Positions 1 to 18,477 of a stretch of 64,000 bases of DNA are shown piece after piece (within the stretch, counting starts at the first letter, position 1; each line of letters starts with the position of its first letter). Source of the DNA: the human T2T-CHM13v2.0 reference genome, Homo sapiens; the NCBI RefSeq assembly GCF_009914755.1, contig NC_060946.1. The stretch is one strand, 5' to 3'. Both the position numbers and the translations under genes were made by a program. The notes beneath the pieces were generated by a model, which worked only from the letters and a program-made list of their open reading frames with translations, did not search any database and was not told the DNA's origin.

Positions 1-558
1 ATCTTACCCCCATTAAAATGGCTTTTATGCAAAAGACAGGCAATAACAAATGCTTGCAAGAATGTAGGGAAAAGAGAACCCTCTTACTCTGTTGGTGGGA
101 ATGTAAATTAGTACATTCACTATGGAGAACAATATGGAGGTCCCTCAAAAAATTAAAAATATAACTATCATATGATACAGCAATCCCACTGCTGGGTATA
201 TACCCAAGGGAGGGAAAATTAGTATATGAAAGAGATATCTGCATTCCCATATTTATTTCAGCACTATTCATAATAGCCAAGATTTGGAAGCAAACTAAGT
301 GTGCATCAACAGATGAAGGGATAAAGAAAATGTAGTACATGTACACAATGGAGTACTCTTCAGCCATGAAAAAGAATAAGATTCTGTCACTTGCAACAAC
401 GTAGATGGAACTAGGGAACATTATGTTAAGTACAATGAGCCAGGCACAGAAAGACTTTGCATGTTCTCACACATTTGTGGGAGCTAAAAATTAAAACAAT
501 TGAACTCATCAAGATGGAGAGTAGACTGAGAGTTTCCAGAGGCTGGGAAGAGTAGCGG
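1..558 (+). mobile_element. Old L1 (L1MA-type) ORF2 end and 3' UTR, cut by the ERV1 LTR at 559
   Basis: L1 3' motifs: tgttggtgggaatgtaaattagtaca, gcaatcccactgctgggtatataccca, catgttctcacacatttgtgggagctaaaa. Confidence 0.9.
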
Positions 559-1082
559 TGTTACGGGATCTTTGGAGTGTCACTTTTCTGGACAGAAACC
601 TCTATGGCTGGTGGCACCTTTACCTGAGTTTTGCTTGGGCCCCGCCCACTCAGCCTGGCAGGCTGTGCTCAGCTCATGCTACCAGGTTGGATCCCATGTT
701 TGCCAAGGGAGACTGCGTGGAGTGGCAAGGGGTGTGTGAGCAAGCATGGGGTCTGGCCACTGTGCAGTCAGACTTCCTGGCTGCTGCAGTGGGGCAGGTA
801 GCTCCAGGTGCCAACACGGGTGCCAGCTCTCCACAAGTCTGTGGCTGGACCATGGGCACCGCAAGCAGCTTCCGCAGCTGGCACACTGGGAACACAGTGG
901 CACCCGGAAGCTTGGAGATACCAGGAACCACAGGGCCCCAAAGAGGGAATCACAGCCCTGGCTCGGGGAGCTCCCAGGTCTGGGCTTCCCAAAGGGTCAC
1001 AGCTCTTGTTTCCTTCTCTTTGCCCACAATGTGGCAAGCAAGGGGCATGACTCAGCCCTGTTTGTGTTACAGCTCTTTCAGC
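559..1082 (-). mobile_element. MER52-type ERV1 LTR, partial (terminal part of a 3' LTR)
   Basis: Begins tgttacgggatctttgg (rc ends ...TAACA); GC-rich CpG-decayed body resembling recalled MER52 (gcttggagataccaggaaccacagggccccaaagaggg). Confidence 0.75.
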
Positions 1083-1124
1083 CTCTTCCCTAGGATTTGT
1101 CATAATTAATTCTCATATTGTCTT

Positions 1125-1680
1125 ATTTTTTTACATTTGTTTCAACTTCAGAAGATGCATGGATCTAAACACAACATAATGTGTTAGCTAGCTGCCATAT
1201 GAATTTCTCCGTGTTTCACCACTATGCAGCCTAAAGTTATTCCGTCATCCATGACTATCCTGGCTAAAGAGTCTAAAGATCTTTGTTTGGTAGCTATGGC
1301 TTCAGCTAGTTCATTCGCTAATTTACCTAGAGTGGTTGACAGATTTCTAATTATACGTTCATGAGAGGTTACTCCCCACCATTGCAAGTGACTTCTGCCA
1401 AACATTGGCCAAAATTCACCTCCTTGGTTTGCAGGTATGGTTTGTCTAATCCTGGAAAGTAATTTCGATGAACTACTTCAGTGTTCAGAAACATTGGAGT
1501 TATAAATAGAAAGAGGAAGAGTCACATAAACTAATAGACAATTACTTCTCATATGCCAGCGGTCAACACATTCATAAGCCCATGGGTGGTTGATCCAGGG
1601 ACCACACAGGGTCCCTGACAGACTCTGAAAGTTAAGGCTTTGGTTTACTGGTAACAGAGACAGGTTAAAGTACATGTCTT
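1125..1680 (-). pseudogene. env: Degenerate gammaretroviral-type env (SU end and TM ectodomain)
   Basis: ORF 1184-1405 NLSTTLGKLANELAEAIATKQRSLDSLARIVMDDGITL (heptad plus ISD-like), continuing after a frameshift as ANTLCCV*IHASSEVETNVKK (CX6CC region). Confidence 0.8.
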
Positions 1681-2270
1681 CAGTCTTGAGTAGAGTGTAA
1701 TCAGTGTCTTTTTTTTTTTTTTAATGAGACAAACATCAGGTAAAGACCTTGACAAGAAGGAAGAGAAATCCCGAGATTCTATAATCATAATAATCGAATT
1801 GTAATTGCTAGTTTAAGTAGTCCTTCAAAAATACATCTCATTCCTGACAGGATAAAACAAGTTTTAAAAAATATATTATATTCAGATTCACTAGGGAACA
1901 CTTGGAGCCAGGAAATAATTCAGGATTCAGCCCAAATTATAGGCAAATAATAAAAACTCTAAAACAATGATCAGGGTTGGAATCTAATAGCATATGTCAT
2001 AGTTTTCTTTTGGAACATAAATTTTCTCTCTAGTTCATCATTTTATCAAAGACAAATCATAGTAGGACCAATTTTGTATGCAAAATAAGTTTTAGTCTTA
2101 TCATACCGGGCCTGATTATTTCCATAAAGGGCAGCAAGAATATTTATTGGCCATATAGGCTTCTTAAAATTGGCTTTGTTGGAAATTTTTAATAAGAAAT
2201 CTTAGACTTTTAAGAGCCTTGAAGCTAGCCAAGTCAAAGATTTGCATCAGACTGTGTCTGTAATAATTTT

Positions 2271-7566
<5,296 letters not shown>

Positions 7567-8350
7567 CTGTAATACTTTTATGAATGGGTGTAGTCCTATC
7601 TTCTCAAGGTCCCCAAATAACTTGAGGTTCCTGGGCCCGTCAGAAAGTGACATTCTTTACTTCTTACCACAAGGACAGCAACTTTGTAAAGGACCCTTGT
7701 AGACAAGACACCAAGCCAGTCATTCTAAGGGGCTTTGCATTGGTGTTATAAAGTCAAGCTCAATTCCTTAAAGTGGTCTGGTTGTATCTGCCATTCGAGT
7801 TAAAGCCTTGATAAAACAAACAGTGTCTCCAATTGAATCCTGTTACCAAAAACAGATTCTTATTGAAATTATGCAAATAATTATATTGCCATAATTTAGG
7901 AATGCTCACCAATGGCTTCTGAATTCTGGAGAAATCAGTTAGAGAGACAGATAAATGGCTCAAATTTTTGTTCAAAATGTAGTTTTTCTAACGTAGGGTA
8001 AGTTAAAAATAGCTGAAAAGAAAAAAAATTCTTGACTTTGGAAAACAAAACATAAAGAGAATCAGCAATGTTTCCAATGGAAGAGCCATGAATAAAATCT
8101 TTTCCTTCTTTTATAAGTTCAGTCAAATGTAACTAAATCTTGTTCTGCTTGATTTCAAATAGCAATTCTCATTCAGTTTTTTGTGTTTTGCTTGATTTCA
8201 ATTGGAAATCCTCATTCAGCTTTTTAGAGTCCTGGAAGATTTTCCTAGTCCAATGGTATGATCCCCAAAGTTATCTGAAACCATATTTAAGAGAACTTGT
8301 CAGAGTCCTTTCCATTAAAAGTAATTTAGATGATAGCTGATTGTAAAGAC

Positions 8351-8692
8351 TTTTTTTTTTTGAGACATGGTCTGGTTCTATCACTCAGGATGGAGTGCAG
8401 TGGCATAATCTTTGCTCACCACAATTTCTCCCTCCCAAACTCAAGCCATCCTCCTACCTCAGCCTCCGAAGTAGTTGGGACCATAGGCATGCACCATCAT
8501 GCTGGCTAATTTTTGTATTTTTGTAGAGACAGGGTTTTACCATGTTGCCCAGGATGCTTTCAAACTTCTGAGTTCAAGCAATTCACCCACCTCGGCCTTG
8601 CAAAGTGCTGGGATTTTTACACGTGTGAGCCACCGTGCCCTACACCACGCCCAGCACCGTGCCCTGCACAGCCTCCAGCAGCACGCCCGGCC
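8351..8692 (-). mobile_element. Alu (AluJ-like) with tandemly expanded 5' end
   Basis: Poly-T then Alu antisense; tgtaaag on both flanks. Confidence 0.9.
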
Positions 8693-9063
8693 TGTAAAGG
8701 GTTTTAGAGAAGAACTTTAAACAATCACCATGGATGACAAAAACTTAGAATATCCTTTGGTTAAAATCCAGTGGAAGTTCTCGACCTGCGAGAAAATTTA
8801 GTTATTTCTATTATATGTAGCATTTTAAGATAACAGCCAGAATCATGACTGATGGCAACACATCAGATCCATCAGACTTCCACAAATTTTATATAATCTT
8901 TAGAATATTTATATTAATAATATATCTATACATATACAACTTTAGAGAATATTTAACATCATCAAAATTATGACTGATACCATATTAGATTTTTATAATT
9001 TATATAACATTTAAAATATTTATATTAATAATATACCTATAAATGTAACCAAAAGAAGATTTA

Positions 9064-9357
9064 GGCCAGGCACAGTGGCTCATGCCTGTAATCCCAACAC
9101 TTTGGGAGGCCAAGTTGGACAGATCATCAGAGGTCAGGAGTTTGACACCAGCCTGGCCAACATGGAGAAATCTTGTTTCTACTAAAAATACAAAATTAGC
9201 CGGGCGTGGTGGCATGTGTCTGTAGTCTCAGCTACTTGGGAGGTTGAGGCAGGAGAATCGCTTGAACCTTGGGGCAGAGGTTGCAATGGACCTAGATCAC
9301 ACCACTGCACTCCAGCCTGGGTGACAAAACAAGATTCTGTCTCAGAGAAAAAAAAAA
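9064..9357 (+). mobile_element. AluS
   Basis: ggccaggcacagtggctcatgcctgtaatccc to poly-A; TSD aaagaagattta. Confidence 0.95.
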
Positions 9358-9474
9358 GAAGATTTAGTGTTACTTATCTTTTGGCAATGCTTCCCATACA
9401 ATGTTATCAACTAAGATTTAGCAAAGATGTCAAAAAATTGAAAACATTTGACCAAAACAGAATGACAGTTTATT

Positions 9475-9794
<320 letters not shown>

Positions 9795-10949
9795 TAACAG
9801 TCATTCATTTAATTAGCATGACAACCAAAAGACATCAAAAGCAACGTAGAAGGTTACATGGATGTGATAACTGAAAACCCTCAGTTTTCCGAAGTAATTA
9901 AAAAAAAATAAAGGCAACACATGGATTATCTTGATAAAACCTAAAATCTTTATTACAGGCCAGTCATTTAAAGGGTAAAACTCCTGTGGCATAACTGTGT
10001 CTTCTTGCGGGAAGCTAATTTAAATCACTTGGAAGTCAATTCCGATGACAAGGAGACTTGAATTTAATTAGACATAGAAAGAGTTTGTCCAGGGTCATGA
10101 GTGAGCATAATATTACAAAGGAATGTCAACAGGAAAACCAGAGCATAGAGCAGTGGGGATCCATAGCTCACAATGATAGCAAGAAAGTTTCCTGGTTACA
10201 TGAAGTAATTAAGACATATTTAAAAGCCAAGAGTATAAAATTAGACCTGATGAAAAAGCTGAAGGAGTTATCATTCCAGCCAAGCAGGAAACCCAAGCCT
10301 TTTATTCCTTCTCAAGAAGGAACAGGAGACAGTGATGTGATCAGTGAGTCATGTGTAACAAGAAAGTACAGGAAAAGTTGAACTTCTGATATACAAATCT
10401 GAAAAGTTTTTATAGTAACAGATTTCAGGATTAAAAGTCAATATTTATTACCTCTTATTATGAGCAAATAAATACATTAAGAAAACCTTGTTGTTTTAAC
10501 CAAAATTTTTAGTTTTTTATCACTGTTTTTAATATTATAGCTAATTTAAATAAACTTTATAAACAATCTATCTGATCTCAATCAGTTTTGGCCTCGAGGT
10601 AAGATTTACATAAACTTTTAATAACCTTGTATAATTTTTTCATCTTTCCCAACTTTTTACACACATGTAGTTTTATCTATCTTTTTTATTCCTTCAATTT
10701 AAAATAATCCTTAAAAATCTCTAAGTGAATTTACTTTCTCTGAAACAAAAACCGGTATACATTTTGCATACAGAATTGTTTCTCTTGTATCTAGTAGTCT
10801 TAATCACACATATCTAGCAAGATATTAACACTTAGTAACCCTTATTTTAATAAAAATCCTAGGAAGCAAGAAATCTGGAATTGTCATATAGCAGTATCTT
10901 ACATATGAGAATAATTTCATAATTTAGAATTATGTGTTCCTAAAACATA

Positions 10950-11240
<291 letters not shown>

Positions 11241-11326
11241 TAAAACATAAGTTTTAAATTGGAAATAACCCAGATATTTAATGAGTATCTATTATTTAAT
11301 TTAACATAACTAAAATTTCAAAAATA

Positions 11327-11595
11327 GGCTGGACATGGTGGCTCACACCTGTAATCCCAACACTTTAGGAGGCCTAGGCAGGAGTATCATGAAACCAGCC
11401 TGAGCAAAATAGTGAGATGCTGACTCTACAAAAAAAATAAAAGTTAGCTGACCATGGTGGTGTATGCCTGTAATTAACAGCTACATGGGAGGCTGAGGTG
11501 GGAGGATCCCTTGAGAGCAAAGGTCAAGGTTGCAGTGAGCTGTGATCATGCCACTGCACTTCAGCGTGGGTGACAGAGACACTATCTCAAAAAAA
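11327..11595 (+). mobile_element. AluJ-like with short left-arm deletion
   Basis: Alu body; TSD aaaatttcaaaaata. Confidence 0.9.
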
Positions 11596-12079
11596 TTTCA
11601 AAAATACATTAAGATGTCTTGTATAGACATTTATCCATTTACATTTACTTATTTTTGACAGTTTATCTAGAGTATTTGTGAGAACTGAGGTATTAGACAA
11701 AGCTAGTCATCATTTCTAGGTTATTTTCTTGTTAACCATGTTATAGCCTGTGAATATCAGGAGTTCACGTAAGTGAGGACTTCAAAGTTAAATACATGGG
11801 TATTTTACCAATAACTCAGAAAATTCCATTATTTTTGTTCAACAAACCATATTAAATTGGTCTTATGTATTTAAAAAATCACATAAACAAATATTCTTTT
11901 TTCCTGTGTTTATAGCTTTATAACCTTCATGCCAAACCCTAGCACCTTAAAATATCTAGCAAATGTAAATATAAAACACAGTCAAAAATGTATGCTGACA
12001 AGTCTGAAGAGATTTCTATTTTCTATTTTTATTTTATCAATACTTTTTAAATTATTTGTATTTATAAAAGAACTCTTTT

Positions 12080-12395
<316 letters not shown>

Positions 12396-12638
12396 GAATT
12401 GTTTCATTCTTTTGTTTTTCTTCAGCCAAGTGACCTTGAATTAGTAACTCCACAGACAGTAAGTCTTATCTCAACACCAGTAGACAAATCAGCAGATTCA
12501 AAGTAGGCAGGGAAGAAAAAAATAGATAGGCAAAAGAACTGAGACTTTTTCACTTTAGGGTTTCTAAAAATAGTAACTATTTGAGTTCTGAATGTTCTTT
12601 CATGTAATTTGGCCATCAGGTTTAAAGTGTGCACTAGA

Positions 12639-13247
<609 letters not shown>

Positions 13248-13283
<36 letters not shown>

Positions 13284-13285
13284 TG
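13248..13285. repeat. (TG)n microsatellite
   Basis: Seen directly after the Alu tail. Confidence 0.95.
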
Positions 13286-13997
13286 GCTAGAATGGTCCAT
13301 AATATATAGCCAGCTCGAGTCCCAGAAAACCTAGCAAGCTTAAGGTTAGAGCTTCTCATTTTGGCCTTTTCAAGATTAAATCTCCTTTAGTAGGCCCTTC
13401 CCCTCTAGGGAGGTACTTGCCGGAGCGCTGCCTGAAGTTGGTTTTCTGATGCCCTGTTGTTTCTGTTCTGAATGGTTTATTTCTCATTATAAGAGCTCAG
13501 CAAAGCAGGCAGAGTTAAAAAGCAGAGACATGAAGGCTTTAAAATCATGGACTTCACTCCTACACTGAATCTCAGGTCCCCAGAAAGACAGAAACACCAT
13601 GGGACCACAGCAAAGGCAGAAGGAGGAGTGAGAGAGGGAGGTGGACAGAACAACAAACAGGAGTTGGCTCTCATTTTTTCACGCGTGCCATTTTCTTTAG
13701 GTTTTTCTGGTTTATGGAGTCTCTTTGTTCCAGTTGAGCACACAGATAAACTAGAGATCTCAAGGCTTTTGCTGAGAACATCAAAGCCTTTAACCTCTGT
13801 TGGGCCAAATATTTAGACCAAAAATACAGACAGACACACAAAAGCCAGAACCGGACCAGATTGAGTAGCTTAGTGGCTACAGCCTTTATTCCCTTTATTC
13901 TTTAGGATACGAACTCAAACCAGATTCAGGGTTCTAACCCAACCAGGACCCCCCTGGGGTGAAACTGAAACCCCACAGTCTAGACAAGGTTGGGGGT

Positions 13998-14299
<302 letters not shown>

Positions 14300-14422
14300 T
14301 GCTTGTTCTTTTCATTTCATCCTGATCTCCGAATACAGGAGAGTAGCTGATTTGTTGTTCACTAACAAGCACAGAAGCTTTGTTACATTTACAGTGTCAT
14401 TCTTGGCAAAACCTGAAGTTTT

Positions 14423-14636
14423 GCCTCCTGGGTTCATGCCATTCTCCTGCCTCAGCCTCCTGAGTAGCTGGGACTATAGGCGCCCGCCACCTCACCCAGC
14501 TAATTTTTTGTATTTTTAGTAGAGACGGGGTTTTGCCGTGTTAGCCAGGATGGTCTCTATCTCCTGACCTTGTGATCCGCCCACCTCGGCCTTCCAGAGT
14601 GCTGGGATTACAGGCGTGAGCCACCGCGCCAAGCCA
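14423..14636 (-). mobile_element. AluY-like, lacking its 3' end and tail
   Basis: gcctcctgggttcatgccattctcc ... ccgtgttagccaggatggtc ... gagccaccgcgcc. Confidence 0.9.
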
Positions 14637-14689
14637 GAAGCTCTAATTTCAATGATGATTGTGCTTTTTCTCTCTTCCTCAGCATCTGG

Positions 14690-15660
14690 CTCATGATAAA
14701 ATTTCAGGTGTCTTGATGGTATCTAAATCAGTTGTTGATTCGGTCCTGGAGAAACACAAGCATAACCTCTATGCCAAGTTATAATTTTACCTATTTCCCA
14801 ACTTTTTGTTATTGGATCTCTCCACCAAACCAGTTGGTCTGCTTCTGTCTTTGCAGCTGGTTTCTGTAGATGCTGTTCAGCTGCTGGTAACAGCTGGCCT
14901 TTGGGCAGGCTCAAAACTTTGAAAGTTAATAATGCAAGATTCAATTGTGTATGGGCTATCCCGTAATCCCTGTTTCTCCCCCTTTTTTGTTTTTATTATC
15001 AGTTGTTCATCTGTATGAAATCTTAACTGAGCATTTTCAATTAACTGTGTGGAATGACCCATGTATGAAGAATCAGAAATCACATTAACAGGCATATCAA
15101 AAGCAGCCAACACCTCAATTACAGCTACAAGCTCCGCCTTTTGAGCTGAAGTATAGGGTGTCTGGAAAACTTTAGCTTTTGATCCAGAATAAGAACCTTT
15201 ACCATTACTAGTCCCATCTGTGAAACAAGGAAAACGCTTAGCAGGCTGCAGGTTGTTTACTGCAGGAATTGTAAATGCAAACCGTTCACAGTCTTGCTCA
15301 GCTAAAAGGGTAGTAAAGAAACAGTCTTTTAAATCTGTGACTATTAAAGGCCAATTTTTCGGAATTATAGTAGAGAAGGGAATCCTGGCTGTTATATTTC
15401 CATAGGTTGTATGACTGAATTGATGGCTCTTAAGTCAATTAACATTCTCCATTTACCTGATTTTTTCTTAATTATGAAAACTGGAGAATTCCAAGGGGAA
15501 AATTTTGGCGCTATGTGCCCATTTTCTAATTGTTCAGTAACTAATTTCTCTAAAGCATCCAGTGTCCCTTTGCTTAGCAGCCATTATTCTATCCAAATTG
15601 GCTTATCTGTTAACCATTTTAAAGATATAGGTTCTGGAGGCTTAACTATGGCCACCATCA
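14690..15660 (-). pseudogene. pol: HERV-K pol remnant (RT N-part, RNase H, IN C-terminus)
   Basis: DLKDCFFT..AEQDCERFAFTIPAVNNLQPAKRF; FTDG..SAQKAELVAV..VISDSSY; LVWWRDPITKSWEIGKIITWHRGYACVSPG. Confidence 0.9.
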
Positions 15661-15669
15661 AAAATGGTA

Positions 15670-16510
15670 TCCTAATCTTTGGCAGGAACTTTGTCTTTCC
15701 GTTTGAAGCAGTTCTTTCAAACCTTGCAATTTTTTTTCTACTCCTATACCAGGGACATGCCCCATTTCGTGCATCATATGTTGACTATGAGGGCTGTATA
15801 ATTGTTATGGAATTAGAACTTGTGCTCCCCATTGTCATAATAAATCTCTCCCCCATAAATTTATAGGTACAGAAGTTGCAATTGGTTGAACAGTCCCAGG
15901 TTGTCCATTGGGCCCTTCACAATGCAAAGTATAGCTACTCTGATACACTTCTGGAGCTTTAGCAGTTTCCGCTGTGTTAAATTGAGTGGGCTGAATTGGC
16001 CACATGGACGGCCAGTGCTGTAGAGAAATAATTGAAATGTCCACTCCTACCAAAAAAAAAAATAGTATCTACCAAACCTTTAAAGTTCTTTCCCTGGATA
16101 GTTATTTCACAGGTAGGATGTTTATCAGTAATTTGATTTACCCAATAAGCTGCCTTGCCTTTTTTATTTGTGCTTCCAAATCCTCCAGTTCATTTAATTT
16201 CACTTTTTCCCATTCCCACATACGGCTCTCTCAGGAGCTGTGCTATGCGCACTCCTGGCTGTGCTTTCCAGGGAACAGAACTAAATGTCACAATTTGAAT
16301 TTCCTCATTGCAATCTGAATCAATGACTCCAGTGTGTATTTGTACCCCTTTTAAACTTAAACTAGACCTTCCTAAAAGTAATCCCATTGTCCCTGCTCGC
16401 AACGGTCCACAGACTCCTGTTGGGACCTTTTGCGGGGGTTCCCCAGGCAGAAGGCTCACAGCTTTTGTGCAGCATAGATCTACTGCAGCACTATGGGCTG
16501 TGGTGGGGAA
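15670..16510 (-). pseudogene. pro: HERV-K pro remnant (dUTPase plus aspartic protease)
   Basis: GLLLGRSSLSLKGVQIHTGVIDSD (dUTPase); GLVDT...DISII and INLWGRDLL (protease). Confidence 0.9.
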
Positions 16511-16559
16511 AGATAACGTATGGGAGTGAGGGAATGGCCTGAGATGGAAATGCCCTGGT

Positions 16560-17880
16560 TTAGAACAGGGCCTGGGATGGGCCCCTCAGGGAGTTTCCCA
16601 AAATCGGGTTCCCTTCTTTATGAAACTTAGAGTGACACTGATTAGCCCAAAGTTTTCCTTTTTTACATTTTGGACATATTTCAGGATCAGCAGTTTTGTT
16701 TTTTCCCCTATCTGGTGGCCTGACTCGGTGATTTTTTTTTTACATTCTTTTTAGTATGACCATGCTTCCCACAGTTAAAACAAGCTCCAGGAAATAGAGT
16801 ATTTCCTTTATCCACTCTCAGTCCTGCCATCGCCTGTGCCAACAAAGTAGCTTTATGTAGATTATCTCTGATATCATCAAAGGCCTTGTTATAATCAACT
16901 AAATGTGCTTTCCCTCTGATAGGTCGCAGAGCATCCTGGCAATAAGGATTAGCATTGTCAAAACCAATAACTGCAACACTATATCCTAAGCAGCCAAATC
17001 TGCAATCATCTTTTTAAGAGACTCCTGTAACCAAGCTATAAAATCCACATATGGTTCTCTTGGTCCCTGTTTTATAGCACTAAAGGAAGGGTATTGTTCT
17101 CCACATGAAGTGATTTATTCCAAGCTCTAATGCACACTCCTCTAAGCTGTTCTATGGCATCATCCTGCATGACCACTTGTGCATGTAAACCAGCCCAGCC
17201 ACCAACCCCCAAAAGTTGGTCTGCAGTTATATTAATTTGAGGTTGGGCCCAGGCATTGTGAGCAGCCTGAATGGAAGCTTCATCTGCCTACTAAGTTTTA
17301 AATTGTAAGAACTGAGCAGGAGTTAGACAAGCTAGAGTAAAAGTGTCCCAGTCAGTAGGAATCATCCGACTGGAAACAGCAACATTCTTTAACAGTCCCA
17401 TTTCAAAAGGAGAACCTGGTCCATACTGATTTATAGCTTGTTTAATTTTTTTGAGTGATTTAAAAGGAAAAGGCCCAAATGTAGCTATAATATTTCCCTG
17501 TTGATCTGGGGGGTGTATTCAAACAGGGAACTGCCAAGCCTCTAAATCCCACTTTTGTCTAGCTTGCTGTATTCCTGTCTGAATAGAACTAAGAGCAGTC
17601 GCTCAAGGCGCTGCTCGAACAGTCACCAGGGCAACTACTTTTCACCCAGTGTCCTCCAGAAAAGAAAGATCTGGAGGGTCGTTTTCTTCAAAATAGTAAT
17701 GAGGGTGTGCAGAAGGATAGGGATGAACCTCTCCCTCCTTTTCTGCTTTAGCTTTAGGTGACAAATAAACCTGGTCTGTAACCTCTACTGTTACTTTGTT
17801 ATACTCTCCTTCCTCCTCATCATCAGTGTGAAAAAGTTCCAAGGTAGAACGAACCACAGCCCACACTTGTCCTATTGCTA
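16560..17880 (-). pseudogene. gag: HERV-K gag remnant, short at the N-terminus
   Basis: ORF 17642-17866 WAVVRSTLELFHTDDEEEG; capsid-like sequence; zinc knuckle CFNCGKHGH near 16755-16785. Confidence 0.85.
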
Positions 17881-18006
17881 CCCTGATGCTTCCGAGCTCC
17901 CCTTCTTACTCACCACTGGGATTGCTTTAAGAGTACTCGGGTGTCCTCCAGCTAGTTCCACATTCTCCAATCGTTGCTCCAGCGATCCTTTGACCTGTAT
18001 TTGAGC

Positions 18007-18024
18007 CCCCATGAATGGGCACCA
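18007..18024 (-). promoter_or_regulatory. Degenerate tRNA-Lys primer binding site
   Basis: rc TGGTGCCCATTCATGGGG two bases after the LTR end. Confidence 0.75.
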
Positions 18025-18026
18025 CT

Positions 18027-18477
18027 TGCTGAGACCAGGTCGGTTGGAGAGACCCTAACCCAGCAGCACTAGAGGAATTAAAGACACACACACAGAAATA
18101 TAGAGGTGTGAAGTGGGAAATCTGGGGGGGGGAGTTTACAGCCTCCAGAGCAGAGCCCTGAACAGAGATTTACCCACGTATTTATTAACAGCAAGCCAGT
18201 CATTAACATTGTTTCTATAGATATTAGATTAACTAAAAGTATCCCTTATTCTTAAGGCACAGATCACTCATGCTATTGTTTGTGGCTTAAGAATGTCTTT
18301 AAGTGGTTTTCCACCCTGGAAGGGCCAGGTATTCCTTGTTCTCATTCCAGTAAACTCACAACCTTCCAGCGTGGGTGTTATGGCCATCATGAACATGTCA
18401 CAGTGCTGCAGAGATTTTGTTTATGGCCAGTTTTGGGGCCAGTTTATGGCCGGATTTGGGGAGGCTTGTTCCCAACA
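18027..18477 (-). mobile_element. MER9 5' LTR of the HML-3 provirus
   Basis: rc begins TGTTGGGAACAAGCC...GGCCATAAACTGGCCCCAAAACTGGCCATAAAC, has AATAAA, ends GGTCTCAGCA. Confidence 0.9.

Larger units (their letters stand above)
14637..18026 (-). mobile_element. HERV-K(HML-3)/HERVK9 internal region: deleted gag-pro-pol, no env or 3' LTR
   Basis: Betaretroviral gag, dUTPase, protease, RT, RNase H and IN fragments in order downstream of a MER9 LTR and Lys PBS. Confidence 0.9.

Noticed and set aside
558-1109. 183-aa ORF and overlapping ORFs
   Set aside because: They lie in a GC-rich LTR where stops are scarce; GTG start and no protein motif
10058-10381. 107-aa ORF
   Set aside because: Antisense to the degenerate ERV internal region; TTG start
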